Source: Nemertoderma westbladi
Lineage: Eukaryota; Animalia; Xenacoelomorpha
Reading direction: 5' to 3'
Length of the DNA stretch: 64,000 bases
Assembly (NCBI GenBank): GCA_032718475.1
Contig: JAUCBJ010000118.1
Coordinates: 1-64,000, forward strand
Shown: positions 45,259 through 56,032 of the stretch, one piece after another
Layout: the number at the start of each line of letters is the position of its first letter
How positions within the stretch are numbered: position 1 is the first letter of the stretch
The notes under the pieces: generated by a model
Told to the model about the DNA's origin: nothing
What the model saw: only the letters and a program-made list of their open reading frames with translations
The model's database searches: none
Program-made: the position numbers and the translations under genes

Positions 45259-46507
45259 ATGGAATACATATTAGTTCGCGAAAAGCTTATTGGAGAGAGG
45301 ATGGACAATACAATAAACGTGTTCATGACAGTGGTCATTGGCAGACAGCCGACGGCATTTCTACTTGCAGGATCACCATTGAACCACAGGAGAGCATTCA
45401 AGGTAGCTCTCGAAGGTCTAGTAGACCACCTGGCATGGAAGGGTGAGCCGGTATATTATAACACCTGGCATCTTATGGACAAAAGCATATATACTCTGGG
45501 CCAAAGATGGGCAAAGGAGGAGGCGGAGCAGGAGGAACTACGGAGGGAGGAAGAAGCGGCCAGGAGGGACGCAGGAGGAATGGAATGGGCAGAAGAATAC
45601 GGATTCGGCGAGCAGAACCTGGACGAGTTGGAATTAATCTTGGACATCTCAAGCGAGTATCAGAATCAGGAGGGAGAATGGTGGACGATGATGGGCTATC
45701 CAGAGGAGACACCAACTCAATCAACGTATGGGGCACAGAGCAGTATGCCGATACTGTGAGGGTGCGAGGGTGATTATAGGAGGAAGAAACCGAGGGCGAC
45801 TTCGAGTGAAAGGGGGGGTTTCAGGCGGGAATTGACTTGAAGAGTATTATAAAGAAATAGGATTAGGGAGTTTGGCAATACCGGATCTGGAACCACCCCA
45901 AGGAGAGAGGATGGAGGAGGATGAGTTCGGGGAGGTGCCGCTGATTGAGAGGATAGGATGAGCAGATACGGATTGGGTAGATAGAAGATCGTGATGGCCA
46001 GTGGGGCGAGGAGTTTCTGGGACATCCCAGCCAAATGGTCCTGGGAACACAAACTGGCTCTTGACGTCCCGTCAGCAACGATCATGTTGGGAGAGCAACC
46101 AGGGATGGCACCGCCTGTTTTATTTTATAATTGCTACTGAGGGAAGAGGCCGAAATCGATGTGGGTCTGAACAGGGCTGTGGGTATGTTTACATACCACA
46201 AGCTCCATAGGCCCAAGCGAATGGGTATGCAGAAGGACCAGTTCGGAGGCAAACAAGGATAGATGGGTGCAACTATTGTGGGCAACATACCCATCAGAGA
46301 AAGAACTGTTTGTACCAGTTCGATAGGGGGGCGAGATGTACATATTGCCGCAAGACAAGCCACACCCTGGGTGTGTGTCTGGAGTTGCATAACAGATGCA
46401 TGAAGTGCAGCTTCCGCGGCCTCTACGAGAACCACTGCTACAGCAGTAACAGCACTAGACAACAGCACTTTAGACGCGCAATAGGAACCTGCTTTAGCTT
46501 TTGCTAA
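45259..46507 (+). pseudogene. Disrupted Gag-like/nucleic-acid-binding ORF with tandem zinc knuckles
   Basis: 166-aa acidic ORF followed by broken frames ending in CTYCRKTSHTLGVC (CX2CX4HX4C) and a degenerate CMKCSFRGLYENHC. Confidence 0.45.
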
Positions 46508-46797
46508 AGAGTAAATAAAGGTTTTGGGTAGTTATGGAGTGTTGTACATATTTAGTTTATTTATTATTCCCCCCCCCCCCCCCCCCTCCCCCCCAACTTA
46601 CAGGTGGTGTATAAATACGAACGAACATAGTCCAAATTAAGATACGAGATACACATTTCTTCATAATAATTATAATTACGAGATTAAGTTAAATATAATC
46701 ACCATTAAAAACTCAATCACCAACAAATTCAATATAAATCAACATCAAACAAATAACACCAACAACATGTAATGATTACGACGAGCCAGGCGGGATG

Positions 46798-47431
46798 CAT
46801 ATCGTCCCTTTCATTTTGAAGCCATTTTTGCTGAAATGGAGATTGCTGCATTTCTTTATGTTAAAATGTATTCTGAATCCGATTAACACACTTAGGAGGC
46901 CACACTCCCACGTATAACTGAGATATTTAACGTTTCAAAACCACCTATATGCCAGTTTTGTATAGACCGCATGAGAACGAATTTTTTTTAAAACAACCTA
47001 TATAATACATTTTACTATTATAAATAAGGTAAGGCCAGGAAACGTTGATATTATAAAATAGGAAACAACGAGTCATGAGGTAGAATTGTTGTTTATTATA
47101 ATAGGGGGAGATTTTGATTTATATTTTAAAACTTAATAATCGAATTTTTCTTAAGGGTTTTAATGCTTTTTGAGTAATCATTGTAAAAAATTTAGTATTT
47201 TTTTTTAAACAACCTATATCCCTATACATTGTTTCCTACCTAATATGTTACATAATTCCAATACCAAAACTGTTTTTGTTTAAAATCGTTACATTTAATG
47301 TATTTTTTAAAAGTAAATAAGACCAAAATCCTGGAGTATTACTTGCAAACAAAATTAGAATCAATAATGCTGTTTTGCAGGAAAAGTCAATTTTGTCATT
47401 TAGGGTGTTTGAAAATGAAAGGGACGATATA
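46798..47431. mobile_element. MITE with 7-bp TSD, probably P-superfamily
   Basis: TIR CATATCGTCCCTTTCATTTT / AAAATGAAAGGGACGATATA; TSD CGGGATG at 46791-46797 and 47432-47438. Confidence 0.8.
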
Positions 47432-47476
47432 CGGGATGGAGCAGCAATAGACCTTCTCCATGCCGCACATAATTAA

Positions 47477-48383
47477 ACCTATTAGTACCGGGCTATAAAA
47501 TCCCCCCCCCCCCCCTCTAATATCTACAAATACATGTTTTACATATAATTTACATTTGAAAATCCCCCCAATTACAGAAAATTGGCGGGAACGTTTGAAA
47601 CTCTCATAACTTGAAAGGCGTTTTTCTCAAAACTTTGTTAATATTTGGTCATAAGACTACTAATTTTCAAAACTCCATATCTCGACAACACTTTATCGGA
47701 TTTGAAATCTGTTTTCAGTGTTCGATTCAGCATAAAAATGTGTATTTGAATCAATAAAAAAACACAAATTTATTCTTAGTAACCGTAGGTCGGTTTCTTG
47801 ACCAAACCTCACAAATTCGGAAGTTACAATTTTCTGCTAATCTTTTTTTTAATATAGGTTTTCTGGGGCGCCGAATCCATTGGAAGAATTTAAAAATTAT
47901 TTGATTTCTATAAATGGCCGTTTTAGTCCTTTACATAGGCATCGAAAAATAGCTTCGAAAAATACAAGTTTGATACGCGTGGTGCAACTCGTATTTATCT
48001 CGAAAAAAGCAAGTTTGAAATTTCTAAATTAATTTATATGAATTCCAACTAATGGAAAACACCAAAAAATCGGTGTAAATCAAAAATATATATGTTACAA
48101 ATCATATGCAAATGTGATTGTTATGTATGAAATCTTAATTTACAAAAACGTCTCAAAAAATGCCACAAGTAAGGTTAAAAAATGGTGCTACAGTATAACT
48201 CAAAAACTACCCAATATTTTTGAAAACCGTTTTTATTATTAGGAAGACAATAGATGTTTAGGAAAAGTCGTACATTTCCAGAATTCCAACTGCGTTTGTT
48301 TCAGAGTTATATATTAAAAACCACGGGGTGTCATATTGACCCCCCCCCCCCCCCCCCACGCCCGCACCCTGGGTTTAATAAAG
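47477..48383. mobile_element. piggyBac-type MITE, deleted relative of 56708-58274
   Basis: TTAA flanks; ends CCTATTAGTACCGGGCTATAAAA ... GGGTTTAATA; shared internal sequence. Confidence 0.75.
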
Positions 48384-48525
48384 TTAAATAATTTAACCGT
48401 AAGAGAGGTATTTGGCATACTTTTGTGGGTTTATGGTACAGTAGGAATTCGAAAAGTACAGTAGTACATGTTCCACCCACTAATTATAATTAAATAGCTT
48501 CACTTCGAATCTCTTAGTGAAAGAG

Positions 48526-50478
48526 TCAAATTCTTATTGAACTTAGGGTGGTATTCTGTGTAACCTTCTCATTACACATCTGAATACCGTCATTTACTGT
48601 GGTGCATAAATTCCCAGTGGGAATTGATTCTAATATACCACTAGCTTTAAGAGCTCTTTTAATCTTTTTATTGCAACATGCAAAGATAAGGCAAATAGAT
48701 GCCTTTTCACAATCATCAATAAGAGTTTTTATTGTATTTATCGCAACAATGTCTATAAATGTAAATGAAGTACAATCAACTATTATAGCTTTTAGCGATT
48801 CATCAGACATGTCTACATCAACATCTTCAATATGTTTTGTAGTATTGAGAGGAATAAAATCGTGCTTTACTGGGTTTTTCTCACCCTTTAATTCTTTTAC
48901 TTTTAAAAGATCTTTAAGGCCAGTTCTTTTCCGCAATTGTTGTTCAAAATATGCGGCATTGATAAAACAAATAGAGGATGTCATTCTGAAGATGACCACC
49001 CCTGGAAATGGTATTACAGGTGTTTTAGTTGAGTCAGGAAGTAGTGTGGTTGAACAATGAGGTCTTTGAGATCTATAAATAACGCCCAACAAGTTGAATC
49101 CGACACCACAAGCAAGTCCAAGATTTAAACCCAACAATGTATTAGAAACGAATGTAACTAGAAATACCGCAAAGTCAAATCGGCAAATTCTCCAAATCTT
49201 TGGAAGATCTAAAATTTGAATATAAAGATTATGAAGAGCGACAATAACAATAGCTGCTAGAACAGCGTTGGGAAGAGAATAAAAAAGTGTACCAGCTGCT
49301 AAAAGCACGATGAGGACCACACAGCTGGAAAATATGCTAACAAGTTGGGTCTTTCCACCGGCGTCAACCTGTATCGATGTCAATGAAACGCTCGCGAAAG
49401 AAGTGTAACACTGAAAGAATGAGCCAACAATACCGGTAATTCCTTGCGCAATCAATTCCTGATTACCATCCAATGGGTAGTTGAGTTTACGGGCAAACAT
49501 TTTCGACATGGAAAAGCCAACGAGGAATGCCACTAGTCCTATTGGAATGCTGTTAACTATTAATTCAGAGAGATTATCAGCAATAAATTGAAATGGTGGC
49601 GGTTGAGGTGAAGGCAGTCCAGTTGGAATGAAGCCCAAGACAGGAACACCAAAATTTTTTGCAAAATCGAGGTAATGGGATATTAAAGTCACTATAATCA
49701 AAACAACAAGTTCTCCAGGTAGAGGGACTATAAGCCTTTGTTTAAACCGTTGATTGCAATATCGCATCGCATATAGAAAAGATATACACACCAAAGATAT
49801 AATCAAACATGCAACGTTTGTGTCTTGGATTTGCATGGAAATATCAGCTATTTTATAGCCGACTGACAGAATTCCGTTGCGTGTTGGTACCACCAGCCCC
49901 AAAACGTGCTTCATTTGGCTAACGGCAACATGAATAGAAATACCTGAGGTGTAACCTTTAATAAACGGATCCGAAAAATAAATTGTTGTGAAACCAAGGC
50001 GAAAAACTCCCAGGAGAAGGTGCAAAAGTCCAATAATGAATGCCATAGCCATCGCACAACCAATGTAAGCTGCCATGTACTCAGAATTTGTTCTTAAAGT
50101 AGTGGAATCTGTGGCTGAAATTTCTTCAGTTTTCAATGGAACTAATTTGTTAATTACGCTGCCATACATTATACTAACAACTGGTGGAACTCCAAAAGCC
50201 GCATGGCGAGATGTACCGAAAGGGAAGTAAAGTAAAGGAGCGAGGAACGCCATGTACAGACCAAATATTGGTGGGAGACCAGCCAACATCGCGTAGGCCA
50301 TGTCCTGCGGTATGTGCATAACTCCAACAGTCAGTCCCGCAATCAAATCCCCAAGAATATCCTTTTTCACATTGTATTTCGGCAACCATTTCACGGCGGG
50401 GATCTTGTTGGCAACCACTTTAACGAGACTCTTGGTGTCACACTGGAACTTGTTATTCAATCTGCCATCCATATCCAT
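48526..50478 (-). CDS. SLC26/SulP anion transporter (prestin/SLC26A5-A6-like), single exon, with STAS domain
   Basis: WLPKY..GDLIAGLTVGVMHIPQ.MAYAMLAGLPPIFGLY, FGTSRH, NQELIAQG, AGGKTQL, STAS IIVDCTSFTFIDIVAI. Confidence 0.95.
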   Translation of the reverse strand: MDMDGRLNNKFQCDTKSLVKVVANKIPAVKWLPKYNVKKDILGDLIAGLTVGVMHIPQDMAYAMLAGLPPIFGLYMAFLAPLLYFPFGTSRHAAFGVPPVVSIMYGSVINKLVPLKTEEISATDSTTLRTNSEYMAAYIGCAMAMAFIIGLLHLLLGVFRLGFTTIYFSDPFIKGYTSGISIHVAVSQMKHVLGLVVPTRNGILSVGYKIADISMQIQDTNVACLIISLVCISFLYAMRYCNQRFKQRLIVPLPGELVVLIIVTLISHYLDFAKNFGVPVLGFIPTGLPSPQPPPFQFIADNLSELIVNSIPIGLVAFLVGFSMSKMFARKLNYPLDGNQELIAQGITGIVGSFFQCYTSFASVSLTSIQVDAGGKTQLVSIFSSCVVLIVLLAAGTLFYSLPNAVLAAIVIVALHNLYIQILDLPKIWRICRFDFAVFLVTFVSNTLLGLNLGLACGVGFNLLGVIYRSQRPHCSTTLLPDSTKTPVIPFPGVVIFRMTSSICFINAAYFEQQLRKRTGLKDLLKVKELKGEKNPVKHDFIPLNTTKHIEDVDVDMSDESLKAIIVDCTSFTFIDIVAINTIKTLIDDCEKASICLIFACCNKKIKRALKASGILESIPTGNLCTTVNDGIQMCNEKVTQNTTLSSIRI

Positions 50479-50621
50479 CCAATATTTACAGTAATAATTG
50501 AGAAACGGAGATGATTACTTTTATATTATGAGTTACGGAAGAATACTGCCTGCTCTGTAGAAAGTATGTTGATTTTGTAGTTCTCTCCTCAGTTGCGCGG
50601 CAACTGTAACTGTAAATTACT

Positions 50622-50921
50622 GATAATATATTCCAGTTGTCATTTTAATATAATCTCCCTTTTCCTGGCTGTACCATTATCAGCTACTTGTACACAATGC
50701 ACGCACGCACAGTCCCATTAACATGACTTTACATCTGTTGTTAGTTCAGACTACAATTTGCAGTACTTTATGGATGGTCTAGGGACTTGTAGTCTGAACT
50801 AACAACAGATGTAAAGTCATGTTAATGAGACTGTGCGTGCGTGCATTGTGTACAAGTAGCTGATAATGGTACAGCCAGGAAAAGGGAGATTATATTAAAA
50901 TGACAACTGGAATATATTATC
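50622..50921. repeat. Near-perfect 135-bp inverted repeat with 30-bp spacer, 144 bp upstream of the SLC26 ATG
   Basis: 50622-50756 vs 50787-50921, one mismatch seen. Confidence 0.95.
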
Positions 50922-51271
50922 GTCACAACCGTTACACTTATAATAATAACACTGTTACATATATTTAATTATTCGCATATGCTTACCCTATCTGCCTCAA
51001 TGAAGTGTGCAGAAATAGCCGTTGAATGTATAACACATGGCCACCCACATGCAGACAGCAGAATGACATTGAAAGGGGTACTAAATATCAAATTGATAGG
51101 AAAATAATGATATTTGCGGACGGCAGTCTCTAAAAATACTGAAGTTTATATATATATATTTTTAGTATTATACAATATTCAATACTAGTGACGGGCCTAG
51201 CGGCCCGATAAGGAACCGACTTTTTATTTCAAATAATAAAGACAATGAGAAATAGTATAGAACTAATAAAT

Positions 51272-51470
51272 ATAATGAACGATATCGCCAAAGAAATAAT
51301 TATCCACTTCATTTCAAATCAAATTAATATTAAATTAAATAATAACAAATACATAATAACACATACAGACATGAACCAACGGTTCAACATTTAATTTCAA
51401 CGTTTAATTTAATATTAATTTGATTTGAAATGAAGTGGAGAATTATTTCTTTGGCGATATCGTTCATTAT
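51272..51470. repeat. ~68-bp inverted repeat / small MITE
   Basis: ATAATGAACGATATCGCCAAAGAAATAATT..AATATTAAATTAAA and its reverse complement. Confidence 0.9.
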
Positions 51471-51478
51471 TCTATTAA

Positions 51479-52620
51479 GGAGGGGGGGGGGGGGGGGGGG
51501 GGGGGGGTTCACCTCCAGTCTTTTTTTCCTCATTGTTTTTTTTCATGTGTTTTCCGATGTAAAATTTCATGGTGATTCCGAATCTGAAATCAGTTTTTCG
51601 ATAAGGTGTTTTGTTCTCGAGTTATGGTAACTTTTGTAATTTTCACTCAAAATTTAAATTTTTTTAATTTTGGTGCAGCACCAAATTTGACACCAAAAAA
51701 ACCATCAAACACCCATAAATGTGAAAATATTTTGCCATTTGCGGAATCAGCGCCGAAAATTTGGCTATTGGTATCAAAACCACAAAAGTAGAATATATTT
51801 GAAAAATTTGAAAACATTTTCACTTTTGGTGCATGTTTGGACAGTTGTAATCAGGATGAAATTTAAATGTCATTTTTCTAGCATTGGCTATTTTTGGGAC
51901 ACTTTCTCTATCTACTTTTTAACTACTCCACAGATTTTCGTTCTGTTTGCAGAATTATGTAGAGGAATATTCCCCGCAAAAATTGTATGGACAGAATTTT
52001 GAAATTTTTTTCAAAAAAAAAGTTATAGCATTTTTTGTGTAAAAAATCGCTTAATTTTGGATTTTTTCGATTTTTCGGTATTTTTGAAACGAAAAATGCT
52101 ATAACTTTTTTTTGAAACAAAATTTCAAAAATCTGTTTATACAAATTTTGCCGTTGAGTTTCGAGTTGAATCCGTTGAGTAGTTAATAAGTAGATAGAGA
52201 AAGTGTCCCAAAAAAAGACAAGGGACAAGCGAGAAAAATGACATTTAAATTTCATCCTGATTACAACTGTCCAAACATGCACCAAAAGTGAAAATTTTCT
52301 CAAATTTTTCAAATATATTCTACTTTTATGGTTATTTTGATACCTATAGGCTAATTTTCGGCGCTGATTCCGAAAATGGCAAAATATTTGCACATTTATG
52401 GGTGTTTGATGGTTTTTTTTGGTGTCAAATGTGGTGCTGCACCAAAATTAAAGATTTTGAAATTTTGAGTGAAAATTACAAAAGTTACCATAACTCGAGA
52501 ACAAAACACCTTAACGAAAAACTGATTTAAGATTCGGAATCACCATAAAATTTTACATCGGAAAACACATTATAAAAAAAATTATGATGAAAAAAAAGAC
52601 TGGGGGTGAACCCCTCCCAC
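51479..52620. mobile_element. Almost fully palindromic MITE, Kolobok-like
   Basis: TTAA at 51475-51478 and 52621-52624, G-rich termini, ~450-bp TIRs plus a palindromic centre. Confidence 0.78.
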
Positions 52621-54044
52621 TTAAGATTTCCCTCATCAAAAACTATTTCCGAATGCATTACTAATAATTATGTAAAAATAAAATCATATTTCATACAATA
52701 ATTATTTATAAATTCGATCTATTATTACTGTAGTTGCTCAAATCTAGAACAAAATCGACCTGCAAAAAGTGAAGACCTCGTTTTGGAATTTCGAAACCAC
52801 GCTGGTGCGATGCGCGATATCGCGTTTAGTTAATAAATTGAAAACTCCATCAATTCATTTGCACCCAGTAATAAGAAATCGCGATAAATGTAATTAAATA
52901 CAAATTATTCTAGAAAAATTTTCCTCAAAAAGTATGAAGTATTGGCATTGGTGACGCGAAACTAGGCTAGTGCGATTCAGGTATTGGCAATTACTCAAAT
53001 CAGTCAAATCCATTCACCTGAATGGCACAGTAGAATAAACTAAAGTAAATTTCCCCAACAATGTTTGCCTATGGTCTGAAGGGAAGCCGCTAAATGCAAT
53101 TCACCTATAAAACATTTTGAATGCCACAGTGTGTAACCTGACACAGATACAGTAATAAGCATTGATTTGTACATTTCAAACTACAGTATAATGTTAGCCA
53201 ATGGAGAATCATGTGGCTGATTCCAAACTAAACCTTGGGAAGAGTTATTTAGCTGATGCGGTAATAGATTTCAAACTAAACCAACAAGTTGGCAACCTCA
53301 TTTTGATTTAAGGAGCCCTAAAAATTAATAGAATCACTATTTCCTGATTGGTTTTAAATTGGGTACCTAGCAACGCCGTCAGCTGATTTCCAAATGCCAT
53401 ATTGCTGATTTGGCGACAGGAAATAGTGATTCTAGTAATTTTAAGGACTATTTTAAGGGTCTTAAAACTACTAGAGTCACTATTTCGGAAGCCCTTAACA
53501 CAACCAGAGGCACCATCCGGTAACACAGAGCCAGTGACAGAACTGACAAGCACCAGTTAAATATACTAACACTGTGGGGCGAGCCACGAAAGTGAGCGAG
53601 TTTTGAATACGGGTACCAATCTCAACTTCGCTTCTATCTGTCGGTCTGCCTGGCGATTGGTCGGTCGGTCCGTCTAATCTTTGAATGCTAATACAGTAAC
53701 TCAGCGAATCTTTGATGAAATTATACCAAACGTGGTACACAAGTAGTACGTCAAAAGTTTAGAAAGTTTTCAGAATTTTGGCGTCGTGCATTTAAATGGT
53801 CCGCCTCTAGGAGGCGCTAAATATCACTTCGTCTAGGCTTAATAACTTTTGAACCACTTCATTGATTTTGAATAACCTATGGATGGTTCTCAATTAATTA
53901 TTATGTACGGTTGGAGACATAAAACATCAGCATCGGTTGCTAGATGGCGTTCAAATTTACCGCTAGTATTTAAGTTTTGAATTAAGAATATTACATATAA
54001 CCAATTAAACTAATATTTATTACTATGACTTTGTGTTAATTTCA

Positions 54045-55271
54045 TGGAACCCATTTTGGCACTTAGAAGGATAATTGAAGAGTTATCAAAAAAGAAAGAC
54101 AGGCATCTGGCTGTTATCTTTGTTGACTTCTTCAAGGCCTTTGATTCAGTCTCTCGCTCACTTACATATGTTCAGCATACTTGCATTATATGGGATTCCT
54201 GATGAAATTATTGCAGCAATCAGATCAGTATACGATGGTTCGACAACATTTGTGTCTACTGTTGACAGTGACACAGAACCATTTGAAGTGTTATGGGGCG
54301 TCCTCCAGGGAGACACACTTGCACCATTCTTGTTCATAATTGTTGTTGACTATGTTCTACGCATGTCCTTAGAGCATCATAATGATGATGGGGTGATGAT
54401 AACTCCACCTATGGCTCCAGAAGTCGAGGAAATCCTGCCAAGTACCTAACTGATCTAGACTTTGCTGATGAATTAGGAGTACTCTCAGAATCACAAGAGG
54501 GAGCCCAACGGCTCCTCAGCTCAATAGAACATGGTGCTTCTAGTGTTGGTCTTTTTATTAACTCCAGAAAGACCAAAATTTTGACAGTTAACTTTGAAAG
54601 TCCTCAGCAAGTCTCTGATCGGATGAGCATAAGCTCAAAAGATGGTATGCTTGAGCATGTGGACGACTTCTATTACCTGGGATCATGGATCCGGAAGTCA
54701 GGTGAGGCCTTCGAATACGTAAGGGAAAGGCATGGGCAGCCTTGAATAGGCTTTCCAGGATTTGGAAGTCACCGAGAATTAATCGGAAACTTAAGGTCCG
54801 ATTATTTAGAGCAGCAGTAGTTCCAGTACTCCTCTATGGGAGTCCATGCTGGGCTCTATCTGCTGAGGACACCAAATCTCTGGATGGCACAAGAATGCTA
54901 CACCGGGTTCATTGTGTCAAGTACAATGCACACATCTCCAACCAGACACTATATAATATTGGAGGTGTCTCATTGGTTCCCCCAAGCTTGATACTAGAAC
55001 AAAATCGCCTCCGCTTTGCAGGACATTGCTTTCGCCGTGAGGACCAGCCAGTGCATAATCTTGTACTTTGGCAGCCTCATGGAGTGAATAAGCATGGTGG
55101 ACAGCCCATGACTTTCTTGAGACGCATCTTAAAGGACATTGGCCTTAAAGATGCGGATGATCTAGCAAATGTCATGGGTGATAGGGAGTTGTGGCGGCGC
55201 AATTTTGTCGACAAGCCGGCACAGCATTCTTAAAAATACAGCTGCAATGCAGCATGCCGATCCTAGTAGTA
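54045..55271 (+). mobile_element. RTE-clade retrotransposon, 5'-truncated, frameshifted
   Basis: GVLQGDTLAPFLF, DLDFADE, FAGHC; (TAG)n tail; 10-bp TSD GTTAATTTCA at 54035-54044 and 55272-55281. Confidence 0.93.
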
Positions 55272-55905
55272 GTTAATTTCAAACGTCTGTTTCCAATTTT
55301 CAAACTCTGTCATATTATTTAAGTGGACCTCTACATTTTCTCCTCCATTTAGACGTATGGGTATATGCACCTTTGTCCTTTAAATTACCTGAATATGGTA
55401 TTTGGGTATTCAATGATCTTTTATTTTTATAATGCCTACCGCAACTAATACATGATTCCATATTAATATTATATATTTTGACGCCAAACACTTTTGAAAC
55501 AATTCGTTTGTTAACTGTATTAACTGCAATAACTCCTGCAGTACTCTACAGTACAAAATGGACTAGTTAAAGAGATACTATTGTACTGTAGTACAGTAGT
55601 ACAGGCCTACATCATACATGCTTTTCAATTTAGCACAGAGCACACTACTGCACATGGCAAAAAACGCAATCAAATAATGGAGCGAAATGAGATGATGAGA
55701 GTAATTAGATCGTAATTACGAAAAACCGGAAAACTATAAATGCTAGGATTTCCCTAATATCCTTAACATGACGCACAAAACTAATCAAGTTATACTGCAC
55801 AGATATTAATTCATTTTAATTGTGTATTCAATTCAATACTTGGAGACGGCCCGGTGTACTGTACAATGCTTAGATACTGTAACTCCTTCTTGAATTGACT
55901 CCCCC

Positions 55906-56032
55906 GTCGTCTCAGCGTAGGCTGAGAACACTCCTCAGTCGTCTCAGCGTAGCCTGCGAACACTCCTCAGTCGTCTTAGCCTAGGCTGAGAACACTCCCC
56001 AGTTATCTCAGTCTAGGCTGACAACACTCCCC
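55906..56032 (+). repeat. 32-bp minisatellite x4 with internal palindrome
   Basis: GTCGTCTCAGCGTAGGCTGAGAACACTCCTCA units, head to tail. Confidence 0.85.

Noticed and set aside
48599-49060. 153-aa + strand ORF
   Set aside because: Antisense shadow of the SLC26 STAS region.
55906-56032. CRISPR-like 32-bp palindromic repeats
   Set aside because: Units are head to tail with no unique spacers, no cas genes, eukaryotic context.
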